From assembly GCA_020891255.1 (NCBI GenBank), contig BQFW01000006.1:1860001-1924000 (forward strand): a DNA stretch of 64,000 nucleotides, in the 5' to 3' direction. The translations under genes were made by a program, and so were the position numbers. A model generated the notes under the pieces. It was not told where the DNA came from. It was given only the letters and a program-made list of their open reading frames with translations, and made no database searches. Source of the DNA: Entomortierella parvispora E1425 (lineage: Eukaryota > Fungi > Mortierellomycota). Positions 36,660 to 47,400 of the stretch are shown here, piece after piece. Position 1 is the stretch's first letter. Every line of letters starts with the position of its first letter.

Positions 36660-37942
36660 TTTCCTTTTGCCTCTCTCCATCGTGAGAGCCTGGAGTCCGG
36701 AGGAATCTACAGACGGCGCAGTCGTCGACCATGGAGAGACCTTACTTTTACCGCCGGCGATTTCATTACTTTTCTACCCACTGATCCAATCCTTAACCGC
36801 CGAAATTCCATGGCCGTCGGCCTACCCATCGCCGTTTTCATTAAATCGTAGTCCTCCTTTTACTCTCTAAAACTAGTCAGTCACTTTGCCCCTGGCATTG
36901 ATAGAAAATGGTCTGCATGAGCCGCAACTTTGAACTGCCCCACGGTGGAGGTGGCGGTCAGTCGCCAAGGTTCCCACACTTCTACTTGTTTCGTAGTGGA
37001 TTCCAAGCGTTTGATCATAGGGAAAATTGACGGTCTTGGACGTGTTCGGCCGTTAAGAACTGGATCAGTCGGTGGTGAAGAGCCGAAAGTCAACGTCGGA
37101 GGATAAGAGACCCAAAGAGTAACGTCTCGCCTTGGTCTTTGATTTTTTTTTTGCGTCGTGTTTTGTGTCACCAACCACCATGCAAAAAAAAAAGGTCAGA
37201 TTGAAGATCTGACAAACTAATACCTCAGAGAAGTAACACGCACCGCAGGGCAATGATGACTCTGTTGTGACATGTATTGCAGTTTATTCATCTGTCAGCT
37301 CCGACATATGGTGGTTGACGACCTCCTGTGAACCTGCAAAAAAAATAGACGGCAAGGACAGGTAAAATTACGGGAGCGGGTCAAGCACACTATCCTACAA
37401 GTATTCTACGCGTGTGGGCGCCAGCCTGAGTATGTATGAGCCTCTGGAAGAAGGCGCGCTAAAATCACCAGGGAGCCAGGGAGATGACTGGTACCCTCAT
37501 TCATTATGTAATGTCCTTTGGTGAGAGTGAAAGAGCGGATATCGGGAGGGAAGCAAAGTTGTATTTAAAAGACACAGAAAAAAAAAGACCATGCAGGCAT
37601 CCTCCACTTCCATTATCGACTCCAGCAAGCTGAGCCTGCTCCTTCTCCTGCCTCTCTACTCCTCCCTCAACTCCAGATCTAGTCGCACCACTGACATATG
37701 GCATACCCATCCCGCGCAGTCCCTTGATAACTTCCAACGAGAAGACCCATTTTGACTGGATAAAACAAAAAAAGCATGTTATATCATCATCCTATTTTCC
37801 ATCGCAAAATGCCACGGGCAGACACACGAGTGGTTATCAAAAGGAAAATCCCCATGGCCGGTGGAAAACCAACCGACGACTACGCCGTCTGTAGATTCCT
37901 CCGGACTCCAGGCTCTCCACGATGGAGAGAGGCAAAAGGAAA

Positions 37943-38015
37943 TGCTCACTGCAGGGATCGAACCTGCGGCCTTTGCGTTATTAGCACAACGCTCTACCGA
38001 CTAAGCTAAGCGAGC
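37943..38015 (-). tRNA. tRNA-Ile-AAT: tRNA-Ile, anticodon AAT, copy 3 (inverted)
   Basis: Exact reverse complement of copies 1 and 2. Confidence 0.96.
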
Positions 38016-38314
38016 AAGATGTTTTCGATGAGGACCTTTCTCCTTGGACGTATTTGAACTCAGCACTCTCAAAACACTAGACCCTTAAGAAAACATCATA
38101 TACCCTTAATTGACTCTCCGTAAGTGCAAGACTCTTTCATTCAAAAAAAAATGCACTTGTGGATGTTTATTGCCTTTGGACTATTCCGCCTTTTCAAATC
38201 AGAATTGACCAGGTTGTATGTAAAACACCATTGAGTTGTCTCATCAATTGAGGAGTTGTCATATGAGTTTTTAACGAGAGGATTGGAAAGAAGCTGAAAT
38301 TCCCCCCTTTTTTT

Positions 38315-38668
38315 TTAGCAGTACTGAAGCGACTTGATTCCGAACTTGAGGTAATTCTCCAGAGTGCAGGCCTGAGAGCTACAACTGAACTGGGATTCAC
38401 ATCTGTTGGAGCAGGCAGTGATGCATGTGTCGTTCAAGCAATCACCAGCACAGGCGCCAGCGCAAGTGCTCGCGAATTGCTCACAGTTGCACTTCATGAT
38501 TGCGCAGGCTTGAGAAGCGCAACAAGTGGAAGTTGTGCCTGTAAAAGAGTCGCAAGAGTTGGCGACTCCGTTTCGCTTTGACAGCAAGATATCAGCAGGT
38601 CCCGCGTTCGCCAAGGTAGCGACTGCGGCCAAACAAGCAAGGAGGGTGGTGGTTGTTGTGAAACGCAT
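38315..38668 (-). CDS. Small secreted cysteine-rich protein (117 aa) with Kex2-type KR site
   Basis: Signal peptide MRFTTTTTLLACLAAVATLANA, then LLSKR, then a mature ~85-aa region with 15 Cys and repeated CX3C spacing. Confidence 0.75.
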   Translation of the reverse strand: MRFTTTTTLLACLAAVATLANAGPADILLSKRNGVANSCDSFTGTTSTCCASQACAIMKCNCEQFASTCAGACAGDCLNDTCITACSNRCESQFSCSSQACTLENYLKFGIKSLQYC

Positions 38669-40355
38669 CTTGTTGTTACTGATTTGGGTGAGAGAAGGAA
38701 GAACGGCTATTCTTTGAGGGACGGAAATAGGATTGTTAGAGCCTGTGGATAGTATCATGAAGTAGAGGTTTTAACTGAAAAATGGACAAGGACGCGTACC
38801 TTGGGTCTTGCTGGCTGGGAGTTGTCCGTTGGAGTTGTCAATGGATGGCGGTTTTTTTCCTGCGAATTGCGATCCTTTTATACAAAAATAAGAACTTTCA
38901 GTGTTCAGGAGCAACAGTTCTACCAGGAGAGAATCAATTGCATTGTTTGAATGGTCTATCAGACTGGGTGAATGAATGGATGAATGACTGATAAGTATTG
39001 ATTTCTGGAAGAAGGAAAGAAAAAAAAAAACTCACGCGGAGCCATCACTTGTAACGCGAAACCGACGTTCAGACAGACAATTTGAAAAAATTGAGGGCGA
39101 ACGCGGTGCGGCATTAAACCAGCGTTTACTTGAGTCCTCGTGGAAATCAGACAACAGGCATGGGCTCTACTCGTTGGATTGTTACACCTGGGAAGTACAA
39201 GATGTGTGCATCTGATTCAAAATATGGGTTGTCAAGAGTGGGCTCCAAGACAGCGGCCGAACAGCAAAGAAGGTCACCTTCACCCTTCCAACAAAACAAA
39301 CAAACAAAAGGTCCAAACGGACAGATTTGTCCGTCTCTGACCAATATCATCTCTGCTCTCGCCCGTTATCGAGGTGCACAGAATACGTGTCCCATGAAAG
39401 CAAGCATGGGCGCGGTGGGAAAGCAGTTCTCCTCGGATAAAGAGATGGGTGACCCGTTGAGGTTGGGATATTCATGAACGGACACAAACGCGCATCGAGG
39501 TTTGCGTCCTTTTTTTTTTTTTTTTTTGATCGCGGTCAGTTTTCCCCAAGCACAAAGCCTCCCCCCCCCCATTCCTTCTCACAGAATAATAGAGCTACCA
39601 CAGTAGTTGACCTGGGCTGCCTTGTAGGCTTTCATCGCTGGCTTGATCATTTCATTTCCCCCACCCCCCCACCTATTCTCTTCAGCATCATCAACTGCCA
39701 AATTCTTCATCTTCTACAAAACGTCGCCTTTTTTATGCAACTCTCCTAGTTTATCCCGTCCTTGGCACTTCATAAGAATTTTTTTCACAGGGAAATGTGG
39801 ACGAAGAGAGAAGAGTCAAATGTTGACAAACAACAACAAGCTTCCCCACCAAAGAGAGCCAATTGCGCCCTTTATCCATTCTCGGTTTACGCGTGCAGTG
39901 ATATATTGAGAACTGGGGAGTTAGCATCGTCTAGTGAGCACGAACGACAGTTGTTTGTATTTGAGTATGGCACAGAGAGGCAAAAAAAAAAAAAAAGAGA
40001 AAGAGGCAAGGTCCGTAATCGGCTTGCTCATGGATTGAGCCCCTCTACTCAATTCTCGGAAGGATCTAAGGATTGTTCGCAATTCTGATCTCTTGTCAAC
40101 CTTGCTGAGCATGCCTCTTCATATTTCGTCCGACATACCAATACGAGATGCCGGTATGGTGCACGTGTTTTGGATCCTGCCATTTACAACAACATCATGT
40201 GTGCTCATGTCACAGTGAAGCTGTAGACAAAGGTGGGTGATGTTTGATGCATTAGTGTGCGCGCGTGTGTGTGAAGAGAGGTTTATTGAACTCTGCATCT
40301 GTAGGGATTTCTTTAAAAATTGGCAGAGCTCTTCAACTGCACCTTTCCTCTTTTC

Positions 40356-41942
40356 TCAGTGGCAGCCGCATCCACCTGCATTGATAACCGCTCTGGCCAT
40401 CTTGTGCTGAGCATGGGAAACATCCTTTGGTACGCTTTTGTCAAAATCGGCCTTGACCGCCTCTGCGAAGCCAGGTTCAATCAGCACGTCTAATCCCGTC
40501 AAAGCCAATCCCTTGGCAGATCGAATGGTCGCAGAGTGAGCGACCTCTGTCTTTGCCTGCTCCGTGAACTTGATGGAGTGGTTTGACACCGAGACATCAA
40601 TGTGGCCCTCCAGACTGACGATGTTGTACACAGGGTGAATGCCAGGCAAATAGTGGGCCACGTTGCCCATATCAGTCGAGCCCGAAGGAGCTGCTTCCTG
40701 CATGGCGCGAGGAAGATAGTTGACACCAAGGTCTGCCGTGTAGGACGCGTAGCGGGCGGCCATGAGTTCATTGTGGGGTACTGATTTGTATTCCATCTCC
40801 TCGTTGATCTTGACAGTGCATCCGGTCGCTTCAGCGGCTGCGTTGAGGACGCGCAAAACGTTGTCACGGACCTTAACATGGTCGTCCTGGTTGGTGGCCC
40901 TGTACGAGACTTTTCCGGCAGCATGAGCAGGGATGACTATAGGAAAAATAGGTTAGGAGAGGGACACTTAAACAGTCTTCTACTTTCCAATAACGTGTCA
41001 TCATCAAGCCTCCTTACTGTTGGCTGCCTGACCGCCATCGGTGATGATGCAATGGATACGAGAGGTTGGAGCGGTCTGCTGTCTGATTAATCCAAGTCCT
41101 TGGTATGCCAGCACCATAGCATCTAGAGCATTCACGCCTGGAAGTTGGAAGAGAAGGGAATGGAAAAGAAACTAGCTAATCAGTACATGCGATTGAGAGC
41201 CTATTCCGAGCAAGGACATGTATGCTCTCTTACCTTCCCATGGCGAGGCTGATGCGTGCGAGGCCTTTCCAAAGTACTCCACATCAACCCCACCAACGGA
41301 CAGAATGGTGTTGTAAACGATATCCGCCGGTGCAGGATGAGACATCAGGCAAGCATCCAATCCATCAAAGGCGCCTTTCTCGATCAAGGGAATTTTTCCT
41401 CCGGTGGTCTCCTCCGCAGGCGTTCCCACCAGTCGAACGCGGCCAACCAGGTTGTTCTTCTCTAATGCTGCCTTGACACCCAGGGCTGCCCCAACTCCTG
41501 CGATGGCGATCAAGTTATGGCCGCAGGCATGGCCAATTCCTGGAAGTGCATCATATTCAGAACAGAACCCGACGGCGTGTACTTTTTGTCCTGCAGCAAC
41601 GGCGGCTGCGGTGGCAGGGGATTCGTACTCTGCAATAAACGCTGTCTTGATGTCGTAGGCTCCCCGGGTAACCTTGAATCCGGCTTTCTCAAGATAGTCA
41701 GTCAGAACTTGGTGCGCAAACACTTCTTCGTATCCAAGTTCAGGATTGCCGTGGATCTGGAAAAAAAAAGAGGGGGAGAAGTTGTTAATTCTATGACCAT
41801 CATCTATTTTAAAACACAGCAGTGGTAGTGACGAAGGACAAACCTTCAAGCTGAGCTCGCGAAGGGACTCGTTGTTATCATCGATAGCCTGCTTGACCTC
41901 GTGGGCATATTTATTTTCTGAGACGGAAGTGGACTGGGTCAT
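40356..41942 (-). CDS. PM20D2: Peptidase M20D amidohydrolase (PM20D2-like), paralog 2, inverted relative to paralog 1
   Basis: Exons 41942-41844, 41756-41234, 41137-41018, 40936-40356, with the same three intron positions as paralog 1. Same motifs and the same C-terminal GGCGCH. Confidence 0.9.
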
Positions 41943-42065
41943 TGTGAAAACGAGTGGGATCAATCGGTTGGATTAAGTAGACGTGGGAATGATGTGGTGA
42001 TGAGGAGTGGAGTGGAAGAAAGAGTTGTGAGGAGGAAAGAGAATCGACAAGGGCCAGGGCATTCC

Positions 42066-42106
42066 CTTTTATACCACGTCTTCTGTCAGATGACCTCTTG
42101 AGGTCA
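42066..42106 (-). promoter_or_regulatory. Candidate core promoter of M20 paralog 2: TATAAA plus palindrome TGACCTC-TT-GAGGTCA
   Basis: TATAAAA on the minus strand at ~42067-42073; perfect 7-bp inverted repeat at 42091-42106. Confidence 0.4.
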
Positions 42107-43854
42107 AAAAGGTCTTGCCTCCACGGTGCGTGAGAACGTAGCCCCATCATGTTTCGCTCTCTGCTGCCAGGGATACAACCGGACAGCGGTTTCTATTGCT
42201 GATTGTTCATCCTTCGGCAATTTGGAGGGCAGACAAGGTTCCCTTTCTTGGACCAGATCCTCGCTCGTCCAGTCACCCACCCAGAGGGTGTCTGTTGTTC
42301 GTACACAAGAATCAAACTCCAAGCCCTGAAGGAGAGAACGCTTTCCAGGGAAAGATTTCCTTTGCTTTTCCCCACACGCGGTGAATAGATGCTTATGAGT
42401 TTGGTACGCCACAATAAACCTCCGGAGGAACGTTACTCCAACAAGACATGTCTGCCTCTTTGCCCCACTTGTTTGTTAAAGCCGATCGCTGTCTTTGCCG
42501 CCATCAACGTTCACTGACTCCGGCCAGGCTGCCTATTGGGTGATGCACCTTGGCGCTTGAGCCATCGGTGCTACCACGCAACTGTCGTATCCACTCTCAA
42601 TTATCCATTGGGTGAGTCTCGCAATAGGGAGGAATAGAGCGTCCGTGGTGCCATTGAGAGAAAGTTAGTACGCGTTATGTTGACTATATATTTGGCCAGG
42701 CCAAACCGCAGCTCTGTTTATTTACCAACAACCTTGGTGGCGACGTTCAGAGAAATCCAGGCCATTGAGTTCATGTCCCCAATCCAATGACATACAAGGG
42801 GGCCCAACATCATTGGCTTGTGCTACAGTTGCAGGGTGCATGAATGAGTGACGAGATACCATTCCACAAATGCCAGGTCATACAGAAGGCAGCACTTCAA
42901 AAAAAAAAAAAAAAAAAAAAGAGAACCGAGATGTTCGTTGCTCCGTTTCCACAGTGCGCAAAGTGCTGTGCACCCGCAAGGTACATCATTTCTCGCCAGT
43001 TCTTCTGTGGTGGAGGTAAGGAATACATGACGTCCTTAGCTGTGCTTTGCGCAATCAGGCGATGCGAAGTCGGCGAGGGATGACGAGCCAGTGAACAGCA
43101 AAGGACGAAAAAGAGATGAAAAAAAAAAAAAAAAAAAGCAAGTAATGGCGATGCGGGAAAAAAGAGCCCTTTGTAGCTGCGTCTCTCTCAAATGTTTTCA
43201 AGTTGGGTTCGTCATAACAGTTGCCTTTGATCGCGACTATGGTGAGGACGCAGTCAGTCTGGCGATTCGAGTTCGAGGCTTCACAAAGTCAGTGGTTGGA
43301 GACTGGTTGGTCTGGTCGATTTGGCTTACTGGCAGTGCATTCTGGAGTAAACCATTGTATTCCTGAGAAAAGTGTCTGGCTTGGATGGCCAGAGCGCTGC
43401 GTTGCAGCTATTCTGGACCCTGGAGGGGTAAAGGACAAGGCGGAGCCAAGGATTGCATATTCCCTGCATCTCCTTGGGTGTTGGTCTTGCAAGTCCGGCG
43501 GTGGAGAAGATACGATGCGGTGGGTATGAGGTGCAATGCAGACCCTACAACAACAACCAGACGGGAAGGAGCGAGAGCAGGGTGTGGAGGCAAAGAGGAG
43601 AGCCATTCGCTCAAAGACAAACGTCCTGGCGGCGTTGGCAGGACCTTGTGGATGTTTGTGCTCCCAGGCACTCTATTGTTATTGGTGTCTTTGTACCTCT
43701 GGAGCTGTCTCGGGGTGGTCGTAGTTTTCCACCAGGACTCTTGACGAGAAGGTAGACAAGACAGCTTGCTTTCAGTGCGATGGTGCAGGATGAGAGGAAG
43801 AGAAGAAAGGAAATACGGACGCGCGACGAGCGAGTCAAGAGACGATGGGAAGGT

Positions 43855-43874
43855 AGAGAGAGAGAGAGAGAGAG
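43855..43874. repeat. (AG)10 microsatellite
   Basis: Read directly from the sequence, upstream of the LEUNIG-like gene. Confidence 0.85.
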
Positions 43875-44425
43875 AACGAGAGAAGACAGAGAGAGAAACA
43901 AACAGATGGCCTCCCAGAAATGAAGTGCCTCCTTCCTCTCTTTGCCTCGTTTCGTCTTTTGTTCTTTGGCCTCTCTTTTCTGCTCCTCCAGGACCTTGGT
44001 CTCTTCTCGTCGTTCGTTCTTCCCTTCCCTTCCTTCCTCCTCTTTCTTCTCCTGTGGTTCGCTCCCTTCGCTAAATTTCGTTCACATATTTCTTTCCCCG
44101 TCTTTCCTTTTGCTCGTCTTGTTTCTTCCCTCCACTCGCATTCCCTCCATCTCCATCCCATTCCCTTAATAATCATCATTCCAATTCTCCTTTTCCTCGG
44201 CCTTCCTCCTCCCCACCCGAGGATCCCTTGCTCTCAGTTGCTCCTCCCCCTACTCCCTTCGAGATCGCCATTCTCGATTTCAAGACTTACCCTGATCGCC
44301 CCTTCCTTCTGTTTCTCGTCACTTGTTTCTGAAACTTGCTTCTTTCTCTCTCCCAACAATCCCCTCCCTTTGACCGTGCGAGCAATAACACGCCCAGGAT
44401 TCTGTCCCAACATTCATTACAATCC

Positions 44426-47400
44426 ATGGCACAGTCCCAGCAACGAAAGCCAGGAAGCTGGGACAATGATCGTCTGATAAAGTAAGGAATCAATCTCAGG
44501 AAAACAGGAGCAAGAGGACTAATGGGCCATGGCGGTGGTGTTTGGTGGTGGTGCTACAATGGATTGGGAATTCTCATCCTTCAGTCCCAGGACCACGGAA
44601 AAGCGCTGTTTGGACACAACAACGCAACAACAGCGGCAGGAGTGTGGGCCTCTGTCCTTGTCCCATGGAAACCGCGAAACCCCCTTTTGTTGTCGTTCGC
44701 TAATCACAAAAGAAAGGACAGCCAGACAGGAGCTCTGAGCTTGAGGAGGGGGGAATGGTCTGCTGAGATGTCAGATGGAATCGACACTATCGGATATGAA
44801 TGACTGAACGTTCGCAGGACATCAGTAGCCTCGAATATTGCAGTGCTGTCCCTAGCTGAAAGATGCTCTGCGATGGTACCATTCTCCCTCTCATTGCTCC
44901 ATCGGCTCTCAGGTTTTTCTGAGACGGAATCTGTTCAGCGAAAAGGGCACAAACTCAAAAGTCAGGAAGAGAATAGCGGATGTTCAACGGGAGGCAAAGG
45001 CTGGATTGCCAGCAATCATCAGACTGCGTGCATATGTGGCGACCTCTCAGGAGTCGAATCTCGACTGGATTCGCAGGAGATGGACTGGAACGTGGGACGA
45101 GATCTTGCAGTTGCACCGGAGAGACCCCTTCTGCTTCCCCCCTCTTTCTCTAGTTTTGTTTTTGCAAATGCAAATGGAGACTAGGAGAGGGAGAAATGAC
45201 TGCATGCTGCGTGTCGAACCCAAGCAGGAGAGGGAGGAGAGCAAGAGGGGGACCAGGAAGACTATTCATTTTTCATCCATATGTCTTTGCCACGGAGTGT
45301 GTCTCTTTTGTGGTGTTTCCCGCCCTCCTTCTCACCCCTGTCGCGGGATGGTTTTTTATTTTTCGGTATCTCCACTCATTGTCTTTGGTCAGCCTCCCAA
45401 GCATTGTGTTGGCAGCTCTCTGCTGGATCGCCCCTGTCGGTTTGCAGCGAGCCACCACCAGCTTCTACGTTTGAGGTTCTATACATGTGTGTCTGTGTGT
45501 GTTTCGAGCTTGGAGAGCAGCAGCAGAGGCACAGGGACACAAGACGGGGGTTGTGCCAGGTCATGAGCAGTGAGCAAAAACAAAAAAAGAGGCAAAGAGA
45601 TCGACAGGGGAGGGAGCGCACACCTGGCTCTTGGGCAGCCCTCAGACCCGCCACGGTCACCTTCCCAGAACCATTGAGAGAGAGCATCCACTAACAATCC
45701 TTCCTTTTCTCTTCTTTTCCCGTGTGGTAGTCTGTACATCTACGATTATTGTGTCAAGCGCAACTTCCAGGCATCGGCAACGGCATTCGCAACCGAGGCA
45801 CAGGTCGGGCCAGATACCAAGGTTGAATTTGATACGCCAGAGGGCTTCCTGTACGAATGGTTCGTGGTCTTTTGGGATTGCTGGAACGCAGGCCACCAGG
45901 TTGGGAACTTTGGCAAGGATGCTGCAGCTTTCATGGAGGTACGAACGACTTTTTCTTCTCACAGTTCATTGTCGGGTCGATCTAATAATTTCAATCTAAA
46001 AAAGCTTCTTTCGACTCCGCACATCTCGATATGTTTCTCGTTTTCATAGCTCAACCCACTGGCTCGACAGACAATGAGACTTCCTCAGGGTCAGACTGCC
46101 TTTCAGGCCAGGAATGGCCAGCAGATGCAAATGCAGCAGCTTCAGCTTCAGCAACAGCAGCAGTTGCAGCAGCAACAACAGCAGCTCCAGCAACAGATGA
46201 TGCAGCAGCATCCTCAACAGCTCCTACAAAAGCAGCAGCAGCAGGCCTTGGAGCAGCAACAGCAACAGCAGGCACATCAACAGCAGGCACAGCAAGCCCA
46301 GCAGCAGCAAGCCCAACAGCATCAGGTACAGCAGCAACAAGTGCAACAGCAGCAGACACAACAGCAGGCGCAACAGCACCAAGTACAGCAGCAGCAGCAA
46401 GCACAGCAAGTGCAACAGCAGCAAGTACAGCAACAACAAGTACAGCAGCAACAAGTACAGCAGCAACAAGTGCAGCAGCAGCAAGCGCAACAACAGCAAG
46501 TGCAACAACAGCAAGCCCAGTTGCAAGCCCAGCAGCAGCAGCAGCAACAACAACAGCAATTGCAACAACAACAGCAGCAACAGCAACAACAGCAACAACA
46601 ACAACAACAACAACAACAACAGCAAGCGCTGCAACACCATACGTCCATGCAGAATCAACAGCATCCGGGAATGACACCAAACGCCACACAATCACCGAGC
46701 ACCATCCACATGCAGTCGCCTCATCCACAACAGCAGCAGTTACAGGCATCGCAACAGGCCGGACATATGGCAATGCATTCCTCACCTCAGTTCTCAACAG
46801 CTCAGACAGTTACTCCCCTCACGGGTCCTGTTGATTCTGTAAGTGTTTATGTTTTGAACTTGAGCTTGAGTTTAAGGGAAAGCATAGAGTGGTCAATTGA
46901 CTGAACCCCATTCTCTCAAATTAGCCTCAGCTTGCAAATCTTGCACAAAAGGCGCCCCTTGGTGTCCAACAGCTCCGTGGCCAGTAAGTGGTTGTCCTCG
47001 CATGCGAGCCATGGCATCAATCGCGAATTTGACCTAACGCAACCTGCGGCTATTTGTCTATACTTTTGCTTTAGTGGAATGATGAGCCCCGTGCAGAAAA
47101 ATGTATTCATCAAGCAGCATAAGCAAGTTCAGCAAGCTCAGCAACAGCAACAACAACAACTTATCCAGCAGCAGCAACAGCAGCAGCTCGCTCAGCAACA
47201 GCAACAGGCTCAACAGCAAGCACATCAGCAGCAAGCACAGCAAATGCATCAGCAGCAACAACAGCAATTGCACCAACAGCAACAATTGCAGCAATTGCAG
47301 CAATTGCAGCAGCAGCAACAGGTACAGCAGACGACTCCACAGCAAGGACCAATGCAGGCGCTGGATCCACAGCATCAACAGTTACTTCTGCAGCAACAGC

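Larger units (their letters stand above)
36472..38130. repeat. Long inverted repeat: arms 36472-36727 and 37874-38130, each containing a tRNA-Ile gene, around a 1146-bp spacer
   Basis: By-eye alignment: arms match over ~256 bp, with one substitution and one 1-bp indel seen. Confidence 0.9.

Noticed and set aside
36728-37873. Possible gene or transposase in the spacer of the tRNA inverted repeat
   Set aside because: Only short ORFs with stops in all frames, and no DDE or reverse-transcriptase motifs recognised.
39130-39477. Short ORFs between the Cys-rich peptide gene and M20 paralog 2
   Set aside because: No motifs, no convincing start or splice context. Treated as intergenic.
39960-40260. 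In-frame TGA after DCSQF suggesting selenocysteine read-through
   Set aside because: Spacing is not CxxU, there is no recognisable selenoprotein fold, and no SECIS was identified.
42350-42860. Minus-strand fragments (IIESGY, LVGVTFLRRFIVAY) loosely resembling the C-lobe of an aspartic protease
   Set aside because: No DTG/DSG catalytic motif, several stops and no N-lobe found upstream. Too weak without an HMM search.
42844-44420. Many overlapping ORFs upstream of the LEUNIG-like gene, and similar ones at 10272-11059
   Set aside because: Products of GA/CT-rich low-complexity promoter and UTR sequence.
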